From: Nitrospirota bacterium
GTDB lineage: Bacteria; Nitrospirota; UBA9217
Assembly (NCBI GenBank): GCA_963790205.1
Contig: CAWBNQ010000003.1
Coordinates: forward strand, 864,001 to 928,000
Direction: 5' to 3'
DNA length: 64,000 nt
This document shows, piece after piece, positions 48,563-58,383 of this stretch; position 1 is the stretch's first letter; the number at the start of each line of letters is the position of its first letter. A model generated the notes under the pieces. It saw only the letters and a program-made list of their open reading frames with translations, did no database searches and was not told the DNA's origin. The position numbers and the translations under genes were made by a program.

Positions 48563-49503
48563 TCTTCGATCCTCTCATAGACCTTACGGATAACGAAGCG
48601 GGGCCGCCGCCTGCACTTCCTTGTAGATACGGCCGATGTATTCGCCGATGATGCCGAGTCCCATGATGCCGACGCCGACGAGGAAGTACAGGATCGCGAA
48701 GAGGGTGAATACGCCCTCGGCCTCGGGTCCCACGATCAACCGCCGGATGAACAGGTAGATCACGAACAGCGTGCTCAGGATCGATACGACCATGCCGAAG
48801 AGCGTGAACACCTGAAGCGGCACCACGGAGAAGCCGGTCATAAGGTCGAAGTTCAGCCGGATCAGGTCATACAGACCGGTACTTGGACTCTCCCGCCGCG
48901 CGCGCCGCGTGCTCGACCTCCACTTCCGTCGGTTTGGCGGCATAGCTGTACGCGAGCGCCGGGATGAAGGTCGAGGTCTCCTGGCTCGCCACGATGCTCT
49001 CGATGATGTTCTTCCGGTAGGCCCGGAGCATGCAGCCCTGGTCCTTCATCCGGATGTTCGTGATCTTCGCGCGAATGCCGTTGATGATCTTCGATGCGTA
49101 CTTTCCGGAAGAAGGAGTCGTGACGGTTCTTGCGATAGCCGCCGACCACGTCGTGCCCCGCCTCGATGGCGGCGAGCAGTTTGGGGATCTCTTCGGGCGG
49201 GTTCTGCAGGTCGGCATCGAGCGTCACGACCACCTCGCCGCGCACCCGCTCGAAGGCGGCCATGATCGCCATGTGCTGGCCGAAATTGCCGTTAAAGTCG
49301 ATGAAGCGGACCTGTCCCGGGCGCTGCTTGTGGAACTCTTCGAGCATGGCGCCGGACCGATCGCGGCTCCCGTCGTTCGTGAACAGAATTTCATAGGGCT
49401 TGCCGAGCTTGTCCATGACCGTGGTCAGGCGCGTAAAAAGGGCATGCAGGTTTTCCTGCTCGTTGTAGACCGGGATGACGATGCTTACGTAAGGTTTGCT
49501 CAT
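48559..49503 (-). pseudogene. arnC: ArnC-like GT2 undecaprenyl-phosphate glycosyltransferase, frameshifted
   Basis: IPVYNE, NDGSRD, DADLQNPPEEI, two C-terminal TMs, GEYIGRIY; about three frame breaks. Confidence 0.82.
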
Positions 49504-49505
49504 GA

Positions 49506-50666
49506 TCATTTCCTCTGGAACAGGTCGGCCATGGCCGCGATCACCCGGTCCTGGTCCGCGTCGGTCATTACCGGGAAGAGCGGCAGGCTCACGATGCGGT
49601 CGGAAATGGTCTCGGCATTCGGAAAATCGCCGCGTTTGAAGCCGAAGTGTTCGCGGTAGTAGGGATAGAGATGGACGGCCCGGTAGTGGAGGCCGGTCCC
49701 GATGTTGCGCTCTTTCATCCCCTGCATGAAAGCGTCCCGGTCCATGCCCGCGGCATCGGGATTGACGAGCGGCGTGTAGAGGTGCCAGGCATGGAGGTGC
49801 GAATAGGCCGGGGCCGCGGGCAGCGATACCTGGGGCCAGCCGGCAAGGAGCTTCTGGTAGCGGAGGGCGAGCTCGGTGCGTCGCTTGATGAAACCGTCGA
49901 GTTGTTTCAGCTGATGGAGCCCGAGCGCCGCCTGGATGTCCATCATATTGTACTTGTATCCCGGCGCGATGATCTCGTAGTGCTGGCTTCCCTTTTTGCC
50001 GAAGCGGTTCCAGGCCTCGCGGTCCATGCCGTGGAACCGCAGGAGCGCCACCGCCTCCGCCATCTTGTCGTCGCGGGTGACCACGCAGCCGCCTTCGCCG
50101 GTCGTCATGTTCTTGTTGGGGTGGAAGCTGAAGACCTGGACGTCGCCGAAGCTCCCGATGCGTTGCCCCTTGTACTCCGTGCCGATGGCGTGCGCCGCGT
50201 CCTCGATCACGCGGAGGTTGTGCTTCTTCGCAATGTCGTACAGCGGGTCAAGGTCCACGGGAAGGCCCGCAAAGTGCACGGGCATGATCGCGCGGGTGTG
50301 TTTGGTGATCGCCTTTTCGAGCTTTGCCACATCCATATTATAGGTGCCCGGCTCGACGTCGACGAGCACGGGCTTGCCGCCCGTGAGCACGATCGTGTTC
50401 AGGGTCGCGGCAAAGGTCATCGGCGTGGTGATCACCTCGTCACCGGGCTTGAGCTCAAGCGCGGCCAGCACCAGGTGCAGCCCCGCCGTGGCCGACGAGA
50501 GCGCCAGGGCGTGGGGGGCCTGGCAGTAGGCCTTGAGGTCGTCCTCGAACTGCTTGACCCGGGGGCCGGTGGTTATCCATCCGGACTTGAGGCACGCCAC
50601 GACCTCGTCAATGGCGTCCTGGCTGATGGACGGCCGGGAAAAGGGGAGAAATTCTTCGTTCGACAT
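49506..50666 (-). CDS. arnB: ArnB-like DegT/DnrJ aminotransferase
   Basis: SGWITTGP, EDAAHA, SFHPNKNMTTGEGG, GYKYNM. Confidence 0.88.
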   Translation of the reverse strand: MSNEEFLPFSRPSISQDAIDEVVACLKSGWITTGPRVKQFEDDLKAYCQAPHALALSSATAGLHLVLAALELKPGDEVITTPMTFAATLNTIVLTGGKPVLVDVEPGTYNMDVAKLEKAITKHTRAIMPVHFAGLPVDLDPLYDIAKKHNLRVIEDAAHAIGTEYKGQRIGSFGDVQVFSFHPNKNMTTGEGGCVVTRDDKMAEAVALLRFHGMDREAWNRFGKKGSQHYEIIAPGYKYNMMDIQAALGLHQLKQLDGFIKRRTELALRYQKLLAGWPQVSLPAAPAYSHLHAWHLYTPLVNPDAAGMDRDAFMQGMKERNIGTGLHYRAVHLYPYYREHFGFKRGDFPNAETISDRIVSLPLFPVMTDADQDRVIAAMADLFQRK

Positions 50667-50720
50667 TTGGCATCCTCGTTATTAATTAATAAAAAATAAG
50701 TAGAAAAAAATCTAAGGCAT

Positions 50721-50798
50721 CTCTCGCAAAGGGCGCCAAGAACGCCAAGAAAACCGATGCTTGATTTAAAACCTTTGCGACCTTTGCGCCTTGGCGAG
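50721..50798. repeat. Inverted 8-9-mer element (CGCCAAG / CTTTGCG)
   Basis: tctcgcaaagggcgccaagaacgccaag ... ctttgcgacctttgcgccttggcgaga. Confidence 0.8.
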
Positions 50799-50816
50799 AA
50801 AAATGCTTTGTATTTC

Positions 50817-51182
50817 TCAGCTTTTCGTCACAAAATACACTCCCACGCAGATGATCAGGATCCCGGTGATGCGCGAGAGGGAAAGGTTCTCCTGGAACAG
50901 GTAGTACCCCGCCACGGCGTTCACGATGTATCCCACGGAGAGCAGGGGATAGGCGAAGCTCACCTCGACGCGGGACAGGACCAAAAGCCAGACCGCGACG
51001 CTGACCACGTAGCAGGCCAGGCCGCCCAGGATGAAGAAGTTCCCGGCGACCTGTACGGCGATGGGGAAGAAGTTGGCCCAGACAAACTCGAAGTGGCCGA
51101 TCCGGCGCATGCCTTCTTTCAGGAACAGCTGGGCCGCGGCATTCAGCATGACGCCGAGCATGATGAGGGGAAGATAGCTCAT
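50817..51182 (-). CDS. SMR/EamA-like flippase (ArnE/ArnF-like)
   Basis: Four TMs, WL.VLSRVEVS.AYP. Confidence 0.85.
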   Translation of the reverse strand: MSYLPLIMLGVMLNAAAQLFLKEGMRRIGHFEFVWANFFPIAVQVAGNFFILGGLACYVVSVAVWLLVLSRVEVSFAYPLLSVGYIVNAVAGYYLFQENLSLSRITGILIICVGVYFVTKS

Positions 51183-52861
51183 TGTTTGACCTCTTTGTTG
51201 GAAAGCACGATATTATTTTCGTCCCGCATGACCGGATACAGTTTGACGTGCGGATTCAAGGTCCTCACAATGTCATAGTTCTTAACTTCCATCAGCAGGT
51301 ATATCGTCTCCGGGCCCATCCAGCGTTTCCAGAACGCGGCCGAGTCCATCATCCAGGCTTTCGTATCTTCAACCTCGGTCCCGAAATCGAGCTCGCCCTT
51401 CCAGTCCACGACGATGATGCGCCGCTCAAGGTAGACCGGCAGGTCCTGGTAATAGTCCAGATAACTGGCGACCTCATCGCCGGGTTTGAGCATCGGCTTG
51501 AGGCTGACAGCCAGCGTCTTGATCGATTTGGTATCGATACGGGGGGCGGCCGCATTCAGTTCGATCAGGAACAGCGCGGCAAAGATCGCCACCACTATGA
51601 AGGCAAAACGAATGCCCCGAAAACGGGCCAGGGCCCCGGTAAGCGCGGCCCCGACCAGGAGGGTGCATCCCGCGGCGGCGGGATAAAGACCGAGGGCCCG
51701 CACATCAGGTGTTCGCCAGACGAACGGCAGGGCGAGCATGGCTGCGCCGAGAAGGACCTGAGCAACGAGGAGCATAGCATACCCTGCCCGGATGCCAGGG
51801 AATTCGCGGCTGTCCCAGGCATCGCTGAAGTACCTGCCGATCAACAGGGCGAGCGCCGGAAAGACCGGCAGGATATAGGGCACCAGCTTCGAATCCGAGG
51901 CGGAGAAAAAGAGGAACACCAACCCTGCCCAGAGAATGAGGAAGAGCGCGTCGCGATGTTCATGCCGTTCGCGCCAGCTCGACGGGAGACTGTGCTTGAT
52001 CGCCTGGACCAGAAAGGCGCTCCAGGGGAAGAGGCCGAGGAGTATGACGGGAATAAAGAACCAGGGAGGCTGATACCGGCTGTGCATGGTGGTCAAATAC
52101 CGCAAAAAGTGCTCCTGGATGAAATAAAAATGGAAAAACTCGGGGTTGGTCCGCATGACCATGACATGCCACGGCGCCGCGATCAGCAGGAACAACGCCA
52201 GGCCCGTGGGGAGATACATGGTCTTGAGCACGCGCCATTCCCCGAGGATCATGATCCAGGCGCCGATGATCATGCCCGGGATGAATATGCCGATCAGTCC
52301 TTTGGCCAGGACCGCCAGTGCTGAAAAAGCGTAGAAGCTCCAGAGGTAGAGCCTGCGCCGGGGGCCGGGCACTTCGTGCATGCCGACGAGAAAGGAGAGG
52401 AGCGCCGCGGTGAGCAGGACCGAGACCGGCATGTCCAGGATGATCGCGCGGCCCAGGCCGTAGTAGAGCAGGTTGGTGGCAAGCACCACTGCGGCAATCA
52501 AGCCGCTCCGCCGCCCGTACAGCCGTCTTCCGGCGCCGTAAACGGCAAGGCACCCGAAGAGGGCGAACAACGCGGGCCAGAGCCGGAGGGTGAACTCCCG
52601 GAGGCCGAACAGCTTGATCGAGAAGCTCTCGAGCCAGTAGAACAGCACCGGTTTTTCAAAGTATTTGACGCCGTTGAGGCGCGGGGTGATGTAGTCTCCC
52701 GTGCTTACCATTTCGCGGGGGATTTCGACGTAGCGGCCTTCATCGGGCACGGACAGGGCGCGGTTCCCGAGCATGAAGGCGAAGAACATGCCGATCAGGA
52801 TGGAGAGCACGAGGACGTCGAGTAAAACCTGCCGGCTATTTTGTTTATTGTCCGTTTTCAT
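51179..52861 (-). CDS. arnT: ArnT-like GT83/GT39 L-Ara4N transferase
   Basis: PDEGRY.EI.REM, YFEKP...YW, AKG, SKL..YILP; polytopic membrane protein. Confidence 0.85.
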   Translation of the reverse strand: MKTDNKQNSRQVLLDVLVLSILIGMFFAFMLGNRALSVPDEGRYVEIPREMVSTGDYITPRLNGVKYFEKPVLFYWLESFSIKLFGLREFTLRLWPALFALFGCLAVYGAGRRLYGRRSGLIAAVVLATNLLYYGLGRAIILDMPVSVLLTAALLSFLVGMHEVPGPRRRLYLWSFYAFSALAVLAKGLIGIFIPGMIIGAWIMILGEWRVLKTMYLPTGLALFLLIAAPWHVMVMRTNPEFFHFYFIQEHFLRYLTTMHSRYQPPWFFIPVILLGLFPWSAFLVQAIKHSLPSSWRERHEHRDALFLILWAGLVFLFFSASDSKLVPYILPVFPALALLIGRYFSDAWDSREFPGIRAGYAMLLVAQVLLGAAMLALPFVWRTPDVRALGLYPAAAGCTLLVGAALTGALARFRGIRFAFIVVAIFAALFLIELNAAAPRIDTKSIKTLAVSLKPMLKPGDEVASYLDYYQDLPVYLERRIIVVDWKGELDFGTEVEDTKAWMMDSAAFWKRWMGPETIYLLMEVKNYDIVRTLNPHVKLYPVMRDENNIVLSNKEVKQ

Positions 52862-53048
52862 GAATTCCGGAGTGAGCGCATTCCCCGCGGATGCCTATAC
52901 GAACCTTCACTTGCTGCGGGGAGCCTCAATAATCTTTCCGCGGGTAATCTTGAGAAGCGTAGCCGGGGGGTCGATACGAGGATATATCGCCTTTTCTCCG
53001 GCCGTTTTATCGTGATGACCGAGCTTTTGTTATGGTTTTGAAAGGAAG

Positions 53049-53077
53049 ATTCTACATCGCATGGTGCGGTTTGTCAA
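53049..53077 (-). promoter_or_regulatory. Sigma70-type promoter for arn operon
   Basis: TTGACA-N17-TAGAAT on minus strand. Confidence 0.6.
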
Positions 53078-53255
53078 ACATTTTATCTTTGTGCTCAATG
53101 GGTTGCCAAGTGTGCGCGGCATCCCCGGAGGGGGAGGGAGGACACAGAGGAAGTTACCCCATACCTTCAAAATCTTTTCTGTGCGCTTTGCGGTTCATTC
53201 TTGACATTACGAGGGGCAAAGGGGAGAGCGGCGCGCGGGCGATGTCCTGCCTCAT

Positions 53256-53939
53256 TCAGCGTTGCGGCGTTTTGCGCGCGGCCTCGCAGGCCATATGGCG
53301 GATGACCTTCCCCTTGACCATGTACACGACCATTTCGGCGATGTTGGTGGCGTGGTCGGCGATGCGCTCCAGGTACTTTGCGATATAGGTGAGGCGCACG
53401 GCGCGGGCAATGTTCTTGGGGTCTTTGAGCATATAGAGCAGCAGCTCGTTGAAGATCTGCTGGTTCAGGTTGTCCACGAAGTCATCGCTTTCGCAGACCC
53501 GGAGGGCGAGGTCCGCGTCCTTTGCCACGAAGGCATCGAGGCTGTCCTTCAGCATCTTTTGCGCCGCCTCGGCCATGCGGGGGATGTCGATGTAGGGCTT
53601 GAGCGGCGGCTCGTCGAGCATTTCCACGGCGCGTTCGCAGGTGTCCACGGCCATGTCGCCTATGCGTTCGATATCGGTGATGATCTTGATGGCGGTCGTC
53701 ACGAAGCGGAGGTTGCTGCCCGTCGGCTGCCAGAGGGCCAGAAAACGGATGCACAGCTCCTCGATCTCGACGTCGAAATTATTGACAATGGCGTCGCCGT
53801 CGATCACGGCGATCGCAAGTTCCCGGTCGCGCTCGACAAGGGCTTTGATGGACTTCCGGATGGCGTCCTCGACGAAGCCACCCATTTTGAGGATCTGTTC
53901 TTTTATATTTTCAAGGTCCTGTTCTTTCTGAGCGGGCAT
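53256..53939 (-). CDS. phoU: Phosphate signalling protein PhoU
   Basis: QP...LR, DIERIGD, LERIADHATNIAE. Confidence 0.96.
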   Translation of the reverse strand: MPAQKEQDLENIKEQILKMGGFVEDAIRKSIKALVERDRELAIAVIDGDAIVNNFDVEIEELCIRFLALWQPTGSNLRFVTTAIKIITDIERIGDMAVDTCERAVEMLDEPPLKPYIDIPRMAEAAQKMLKDSLDAFVAKDADLALRVCESDDFVDNLNQQIFNELLLYMLKDPKNIARAVRLTYIAKYLERIADHATNIAEMVVYMVKGKVIRHMACEAARKTPQR

Positions 53940-53955
53940 GGGGTTCTCCTTTAAG

Positions 53956-54021
53956 ATAGTCGAAAACAGTCAGCAGTCATCAGTCGGCAGTCAAAGACTA
54001 TCGACCGCGGACTATCGACTG
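53956..54021. repeat. Inverted heptamer element (CAGTCNN / GACTATC)
   Basis: cagtcag cagtcat cagtcgg cagtcaa / gactatc gaccgcg gactatc gactg. Confidence 0.8.
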
Positions 54022-54023
54022 GT

Positions 54024-54788
54024 TTATCCGAATCGACCGGTTATGTAATCGTCGGTCTGTTTTTTGTCGGGATTCGTGAAGATCTTCTCCGTGGTCCCGT
54101 ATTCGATGAGTTCTCCCAGGTAGAGAAAGCCCGTCATGTCCGACACGCGCGCCGCCTGCTGCATGTTGTGCGTCACGATGATGATGGTAATGTCCTTCTT
54201 CAGGCCCGCGACAAGCTCCTCGATCTTCGCCGTTGAAATGGGGTCGAGCGCGGAGGTGGGCTCGTCGAAGAGCAGCACCTCGGGGTCAACGGCCAGGGCG
54301 CGGGCGATGACGAGCCGCTGCTGCTGTCCGCCGGAGAGATCATAGGCGCTGGCGTTCAGCTTGTCCCTGACCTCCTCCCAGAGCGCCGCGTGCTTCAGCG
54401 CCTGTTCGATGCGGCCTACCAGCTCGGATTTGTTCCTGATGCCCTTCAGCCGGAGGCCATAGGCAATGTTTTCGGCGATGGACATGGGGAAGGGCGTCGG
54501 CTTCTGGAACACCATGCCGATGCGGCTCCTGAGATTGATAAGGTCAATGTCGCTTGCCAGGATGTTCTTGTCCTGAAAGAGTATTTCTCCTCCATACCGG
54601 TGGTTGGGGTACAGATCGTGCATCCGGTTGAAGCAGCGGAGCAGCGTGGTCTTGCCGCAGCCCGAGGGGCCGATGAGCGCCGTGACGTTATTCTTGCCGA
54701 TCGGCAGAGATATCCCCCTGAGGGCATGGATGTTCCCGTTATAGTAAAAGTCCAGGCCCTTGACCTCGATCTCGATAGTTCCCGTCAA
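54024..54788 (-). CDS. pstB: Phosphate ABC transporter ATPase
   Basis: [32 protein letters not shown]. Confidence 0.97.
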   Translation of the reverse strand: MTGTIEIEVKGLDFYYNGNIHALRGISLPIGKNNVTALIGPSGCGKTTLLRCFNRMHDLYPNHRYGGEILFQDKNILASDIDLINLRSRIGMVFQKPTPFPMSIAENIAYGLRLKGIRNKSELVGRIEQALKHAALWEEVRDKLNASAYDLSGGQQQRLVIARALAVDPEVLLFDEPTSALDPISTAKIEELVAGLKKDITIIIVTHNMQQAARVSDMTGFLYLGELIEYGTTEKIFTNPDKKQTDDYITGRFG

Positions 54789-55627
54789 CGCTTATACCTC
54801 CACCGGATGATGAGTCTCCCTGCGATCGTGAGCGCGAGTATGAACAGGGTGATCACGAACGATGCTCCCCACGCCTGTGAATGCCAGTTTTTGTAAGGGC
54901 CCATGGCATACTGAAAAATCGTGACCGTCAGCGACGCCATGGGACCGTTCATGTTTCCCGAGAAAAAATTGTTGTTGAACGACGTAAAAAGGAGCGGCGC
55001 GGTCTCGCCCGCAACGCGGGCGATCGAAAGCAGAATGCCGGTCAGGATGCCCGCGGCCGCGCCGCGGTACACGACCTGGATGATCACCTTATAGTACGGC
55101 GCGCCGAGCGCAAAGGCCGCTTCGCGCAGGGTCCAGGGCACGAGGGACAGCATGTTCTCCGTGGTCCGGAGCACCACGGGTATCATGATGATCGCGAGGG
55201 CGACCGCGCCCGACCAGCCGCTGAAATGATGGAGGGGCCGGACGAGGACCGCGTAAATAAAGGCGCCTATCACGATCGAGGGAACGCTGACCATGATGTC
55301 GGAAAGAACGCTGATGACCCGGCTGATCTTTGTCCCCCGCGCGTATTCGGCCAGGAACGTCCCCCCGAGCACGCCGACGGGAACCCCGATCAAGGTGGCG
55401 GCGCCGGTGATCATCAACTGGCCGACAAAGGCGTTTTTGAGCCCTCCGCCCTCGACGCCGGCGGGAGCGGGATCGTTGAAGAACAGATCCAGGTTGAGCG
55501 CTCCGATGCCGTGGATGAGGACGTCTGACAGGATGTAGACGAGCCAGAAGAGGCCGACCGCCGCGGCAAGACCGGAAAGGCTCAATGCGATGACGCTTTC
55601 TATTTTACGTTTCTGTTCGTAGGTCAT
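54785..55627 (-). CDS. pstA: Phosphate ABC transporter permease PstA
   Basis: [25 protein letters not shown]. Confidence 0.95.
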   Translation of the reverse strand: MTYEQKRKIESVIALSLSGLAAAVGLFWLVYILSDVLIHGIGALNLDLFFNDPAPAGVEGGGLKNAFVGQLMITGAATLIGVPVGVLGGTFLAEYARGTKISRVISVLSDIMVSVPSIVIGAFIYAVLVRPLHHFSGWSGAVALAIIMIPVVLRTTENMLSLVPWTLREAAFALGAPYYKVIIQVVYRGAAAGILTGILLSIARVAGETAPLLFTSFNNNFFSGNMNGPMASLTVTIFQYAMGPYKNWHSQAWGASFVITLFILALTIAGRLIIRWRYKR

Positions 55628-55640
55628 GATCGCAAACAAA

Positions 55641-55814
55641 TTTACCACAGAGGCACACCCTGCACTCGCGGTTCCATTCGTAAACGCTGGGCGCAGGCTG
55701 AGGCGCCGAGAAAATAATAAGCTCTTATGCTGAGAAACGTATGATACAAATATTCAGGTTCTTCCTTGATACTAAACTTGTTGCTTTGGAGTTACTCTCT
55801 GCGTCTCCGTGGCT
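55641..55814. repeat. Widely spaced ACCACAGAG...CTCTGCGTCTCCGTGG element
   Basis: Same arm type as 6634 and 30281 elements, with a longer AT-rich spacer. Confidence 0.55.
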
Positions 55815-55820
55815 GACGTG

Positions 55821-56762
55821 TCATCTTGAATATTTTCTCTCGGCCTTGAGAAGAAAGAACTTCGCCATCGCCAAAATGATGAAGCTCATCACGAACAGCA
55901 CGAGCGCCAGATAATAGAGAGAGGAAAGATAGAGCGCGCTGTCCGCTTCCGTGAATTCATTGGCAAGGCTGACCGTAATGGTGGAGGCCGCGTCAAAAAG
56001 CGACGTGGCGATCTTGTGGTTGTTCCCGAGCACGAAGGCCACCGCCATGGTCTCACCCAGCGCCCGCCCCAGGGACAGGGCCGCGCCGCCGAACACGCCG
56101 AGCTTTGAGTAGGGGAGGACGACGTTCTTGACCACTTCCCACTTTGTTGCGCCGACGGCGTAGGCCGACTCCTTGACCACGGCGGGGGTGAGATTAAACG
56201 CGTCGCGCGCGATGCTCGCCGTGAACGGAATAACCATAATGGCGAGAATGACGCTTGCCGTCAGCAGGTCGATGCCCATGGGAGTGCCCTTAAACAGGAT
56301 GCCGACGAGGGGCAGTTTCCCGATGGTGCCCTGGAGCGCAGGTTCGATGTACTGCGACATGATGGGCGCCAGGGTGAATAGTCCCCACATGCCGTAAATG
56401 ATGCTCGGGATAGCGGCCAAAAGCTCGATAGCGACCCCGATGGGGCCTTTGAGGAAATTCGGCGCGATCTCGGTGACGAACACGGCTATGCCTATGGCAA
56501 TGGGTATGGCGAAGACCAGGGCAAGTGCGGTTGTGACAAAGGTGCCGTAAATCGTGGTCGCCGCCCCGAAGATGCCCGTCACGGGGTTCCAGGCCGTGGA
56601 GGTCAGAAACCGTACAAGCCCGAACTTCCCTATCGCGAGTGAAGACTCCTTCAAAAGCACTGCTATGATGCCGATGATAAAAATGACGACGGTAAAGGAC
56701 GCGACCGCGGTAAGGGAGGAAAAAAGCAGCTCAGGGATGTTTTTCCTGAAAGATATGGCCAA
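55821..56762 (-). CDS. pstC: Phosphate ABC transporter permease PstC
   Basis: ELLAAIPSIIYGMWG, GRALGETMAV. Confidence 0.95.
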   Translation of the reverse strand: MAISFRKNIPELLFSSLTAVASFTVVIFIIGIIAVLLKESSLAIGKFGLVRFLTSTAWNPVTGIFGAATTIYGTFVTTALALVFAIPIAIGIAVFVTEIAPNFLKGPIGVAIELLAAIPSIIYGMWGLFTLAPIMSQYIEPALQGTIGKLPLVGILFKGTPMGIDLLTASVILAIMVIPFTASIARDAFNLTPAVVKESAYAVGATKWEVVKNVVLPYSKLGVFGGAALSLGRALGETMAVAFVLGNNHKIATSLFDAASTITVSLANEFTEADSALYLSSLYYLALVLFVMSFIILAMAKFFLLKAERKYSR

Positions 56763-56803
56763 AGCACGGACCTTTCTGCTCTAAAGAAGGATGAAGAGAA
56801 ATG

Positions 56804-56844
56804 CAACGGGTCAGATATGAGCAGTATATATACCTGACCCGTTG
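56804..56844 (-). terminator. Stem-loop between pstS and pstC (terminator/mRNA stabiliser)
   Basis: caacgggtcag ... ctgacccgttg perfect 11-bp stem. Confidence 0.6.
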
Positions 56845-56872
56845 ATTTCAACTGTTTTTTTACGCCGCTGTG

Positions 56873-57883
56873 TTAATACTTGATGCCGTGCGACTTCCAG
56901 TAAGCGCGGATTTTGTCTTTCAGCGATTTCGGGAGAGGAACATAGATGAGCTCCTCCGCCTTTTTGTCGCCGTTGGTAAACGCCCAGTTGTAGAACTTGG
57001 TCACCTTCATGTTCGAGTCCTGCTTTTCCTTGCCGAGCAGGATGAACGTGGCGCCGGCGATGGGCCAGGCCTTCTTGCCCGGAGCATTATTCAGCCAGAG
57101 GTAGAAGTCCTTTTTCGGGTCGAAGCTCGCCGTTGCAGCCGCGTCCTCGAAGGTCTTGAAGCTCGGCGCCACGAACGCGCCCGCATGGTTCTTGAGGAGC
57201 GTGTAGGTCAGGTTGTTCTGCTGCGCATAGGCGAACTCCACGTAGCCGATGGAGTTTTTCTGCTGCTGCACATAGTTGGCAACGCCCTCGTTCCCTTTGC
57301 CTCCTATTCCCGCGGGCCAGCTCACGGAGGTGCCGGTGCCGACCTTCTCTTTCCAGGCAGGGCAGACATCGTTCAGGTAGCCGGTGAAGATGGCGGTCGT
57401 CCCGGACCCGTCGGAGCGATGGACCACCGTGATGTCGCTGTCCGGGAGGTTGACTTTGGGGTTCAGCCCCTTGATCTTCGGGTCGCTCCACTTTGTGATC
57501 TCACCCAGGTACATTTTGCAGACCGCTTCGGAATCGAGTCTCAGCTCTCCCGCTTTTATACCGGGAATATTGACGACCAGAACGACGCCGCCCATCACCG
57601 CCGGGAACTGGAGCAGATTGTTTTTTGCCAGGAACTCGGGCGTTTGGGGCGCGTCGGATGCGCCGAAGTCGACCGTCCGCTCCGTGATCTGCTTGATGCC
57701 GCCGCCTGAACCGATGGACTGGTAGTTCAGCTTCACGCCGGTGATCTTGTTGTACTCGTTGGCCCACGCGGAATAAACGGGATACGGGAACGTGGCGCCT
57801 GCGCCGTTCAACATCTCCTCCGCGAGAGCTGTTGTTGCCAGGGCCAGTACGGCGATTAATGCTAGTGCTGCGATTTTTTTCAT
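56873..57883 (-). CDS. pstS: Phosphate-binding protein PstS
   Basis: Signal peptide, GAGATFP, GSGGG, DFGASD, RSDGSGTT, GNEGV. Confidence 0.97.
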   Translation of the reverse strand: MKKIAALALIAVLALATTALAEEMLNGAGATFPYPVYSAWANEYNKITGVKLNYQSIGSGGGIKQITERTVDFGASDAPQTPEFLAKNNLLQFPAVMGGVVLVVNIPGIKAGELRLDSEAVCKMYLGEITKWSDPKIKGLNPKVNLPDSDITVVHRSDGSGTTAIFTGYLNDVCPAWKEKVGTGTSVSWPAGIGGKGNEGVANYVQQQKNSIGYVEFAYAQQNNLTYTLLKNHAGAFVAPSFKTFEDAAATASFDPKKDFYLWLNNAPGKKAWPIAGATFILLGKEKQDSNMKVTKFYNWAFTNGDKKAEELIYVPLPKSLKDKIRAYWKSHGIKY

Positions 57884-57926
57884 TGTGTGTCTCCTCCTTT
57901 AGAGTGTTGTGCTTTAATGTTCGCCA

Positions 57927-57970
57927 AATATACCATGGCGATGTTACAATACTGTTACAATTATATTAAA
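57927..57970 (-). promoter_or_regulatory. Pho-box-like direct repeats plus -10 element upstream of pstS
   Basis: Minus strand TTGTAACA-gta-TTGTAACA (11-bp period), then 9 nt, then TATATT. Confidence 0.7.
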
Positions 57971-58383
57971 TTATCATGAATCGTGCCGTGTTCCTCATCA
58001 GCGCCGGCAGGCAGGTTGAGATACTGGTTTACACTTTTTTTCAGATTGTTGATGTCCCCCTTGCAGATATATCCCCGCACGCCATGGGTCGCAACGCATT
58101 CACGCAGGCTGTCCTCGTCATTGGAGGAATAAAAGACTATCGGAACATGACTGGTATCGCTGTTGGAGCGGAGCAGGGTCGTCAGCTTGTCGCCGGAGAG
58201 GGCAGGCATGTTGATGTCGAGCAGAACAAGATCGGGTTGCAACTGTTTCATGAGACTCGTCACCCCGAACCCGTGCTGATGGGTGATCACGTCGAATCGA
58301 TCATCCTTGAGCAGCTCCCTGGCCGTGTAGAGATGCAATTCATCATCATCGACCACCAGTACCTTCTTTTTATTCCGTGTCAT
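57961..58383 (-). CDS. Single-domain response regulator
   Basis: VVDDD, LLDINMP, YICK. Confidence 0.88.
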   Translation of the reverse strand: MTRNKKKVLVVDDDELHLYTARELLKDDRFDVITHQHGFGVTSLMKQLQPDLVLLDINMPALSGDKLTTLLRSNSDTSHVPIVFYSSNDEDSLRECVATHGVRGYICKGDINNLKKSVNQYLNLPAGADEEHGTIHDNLI

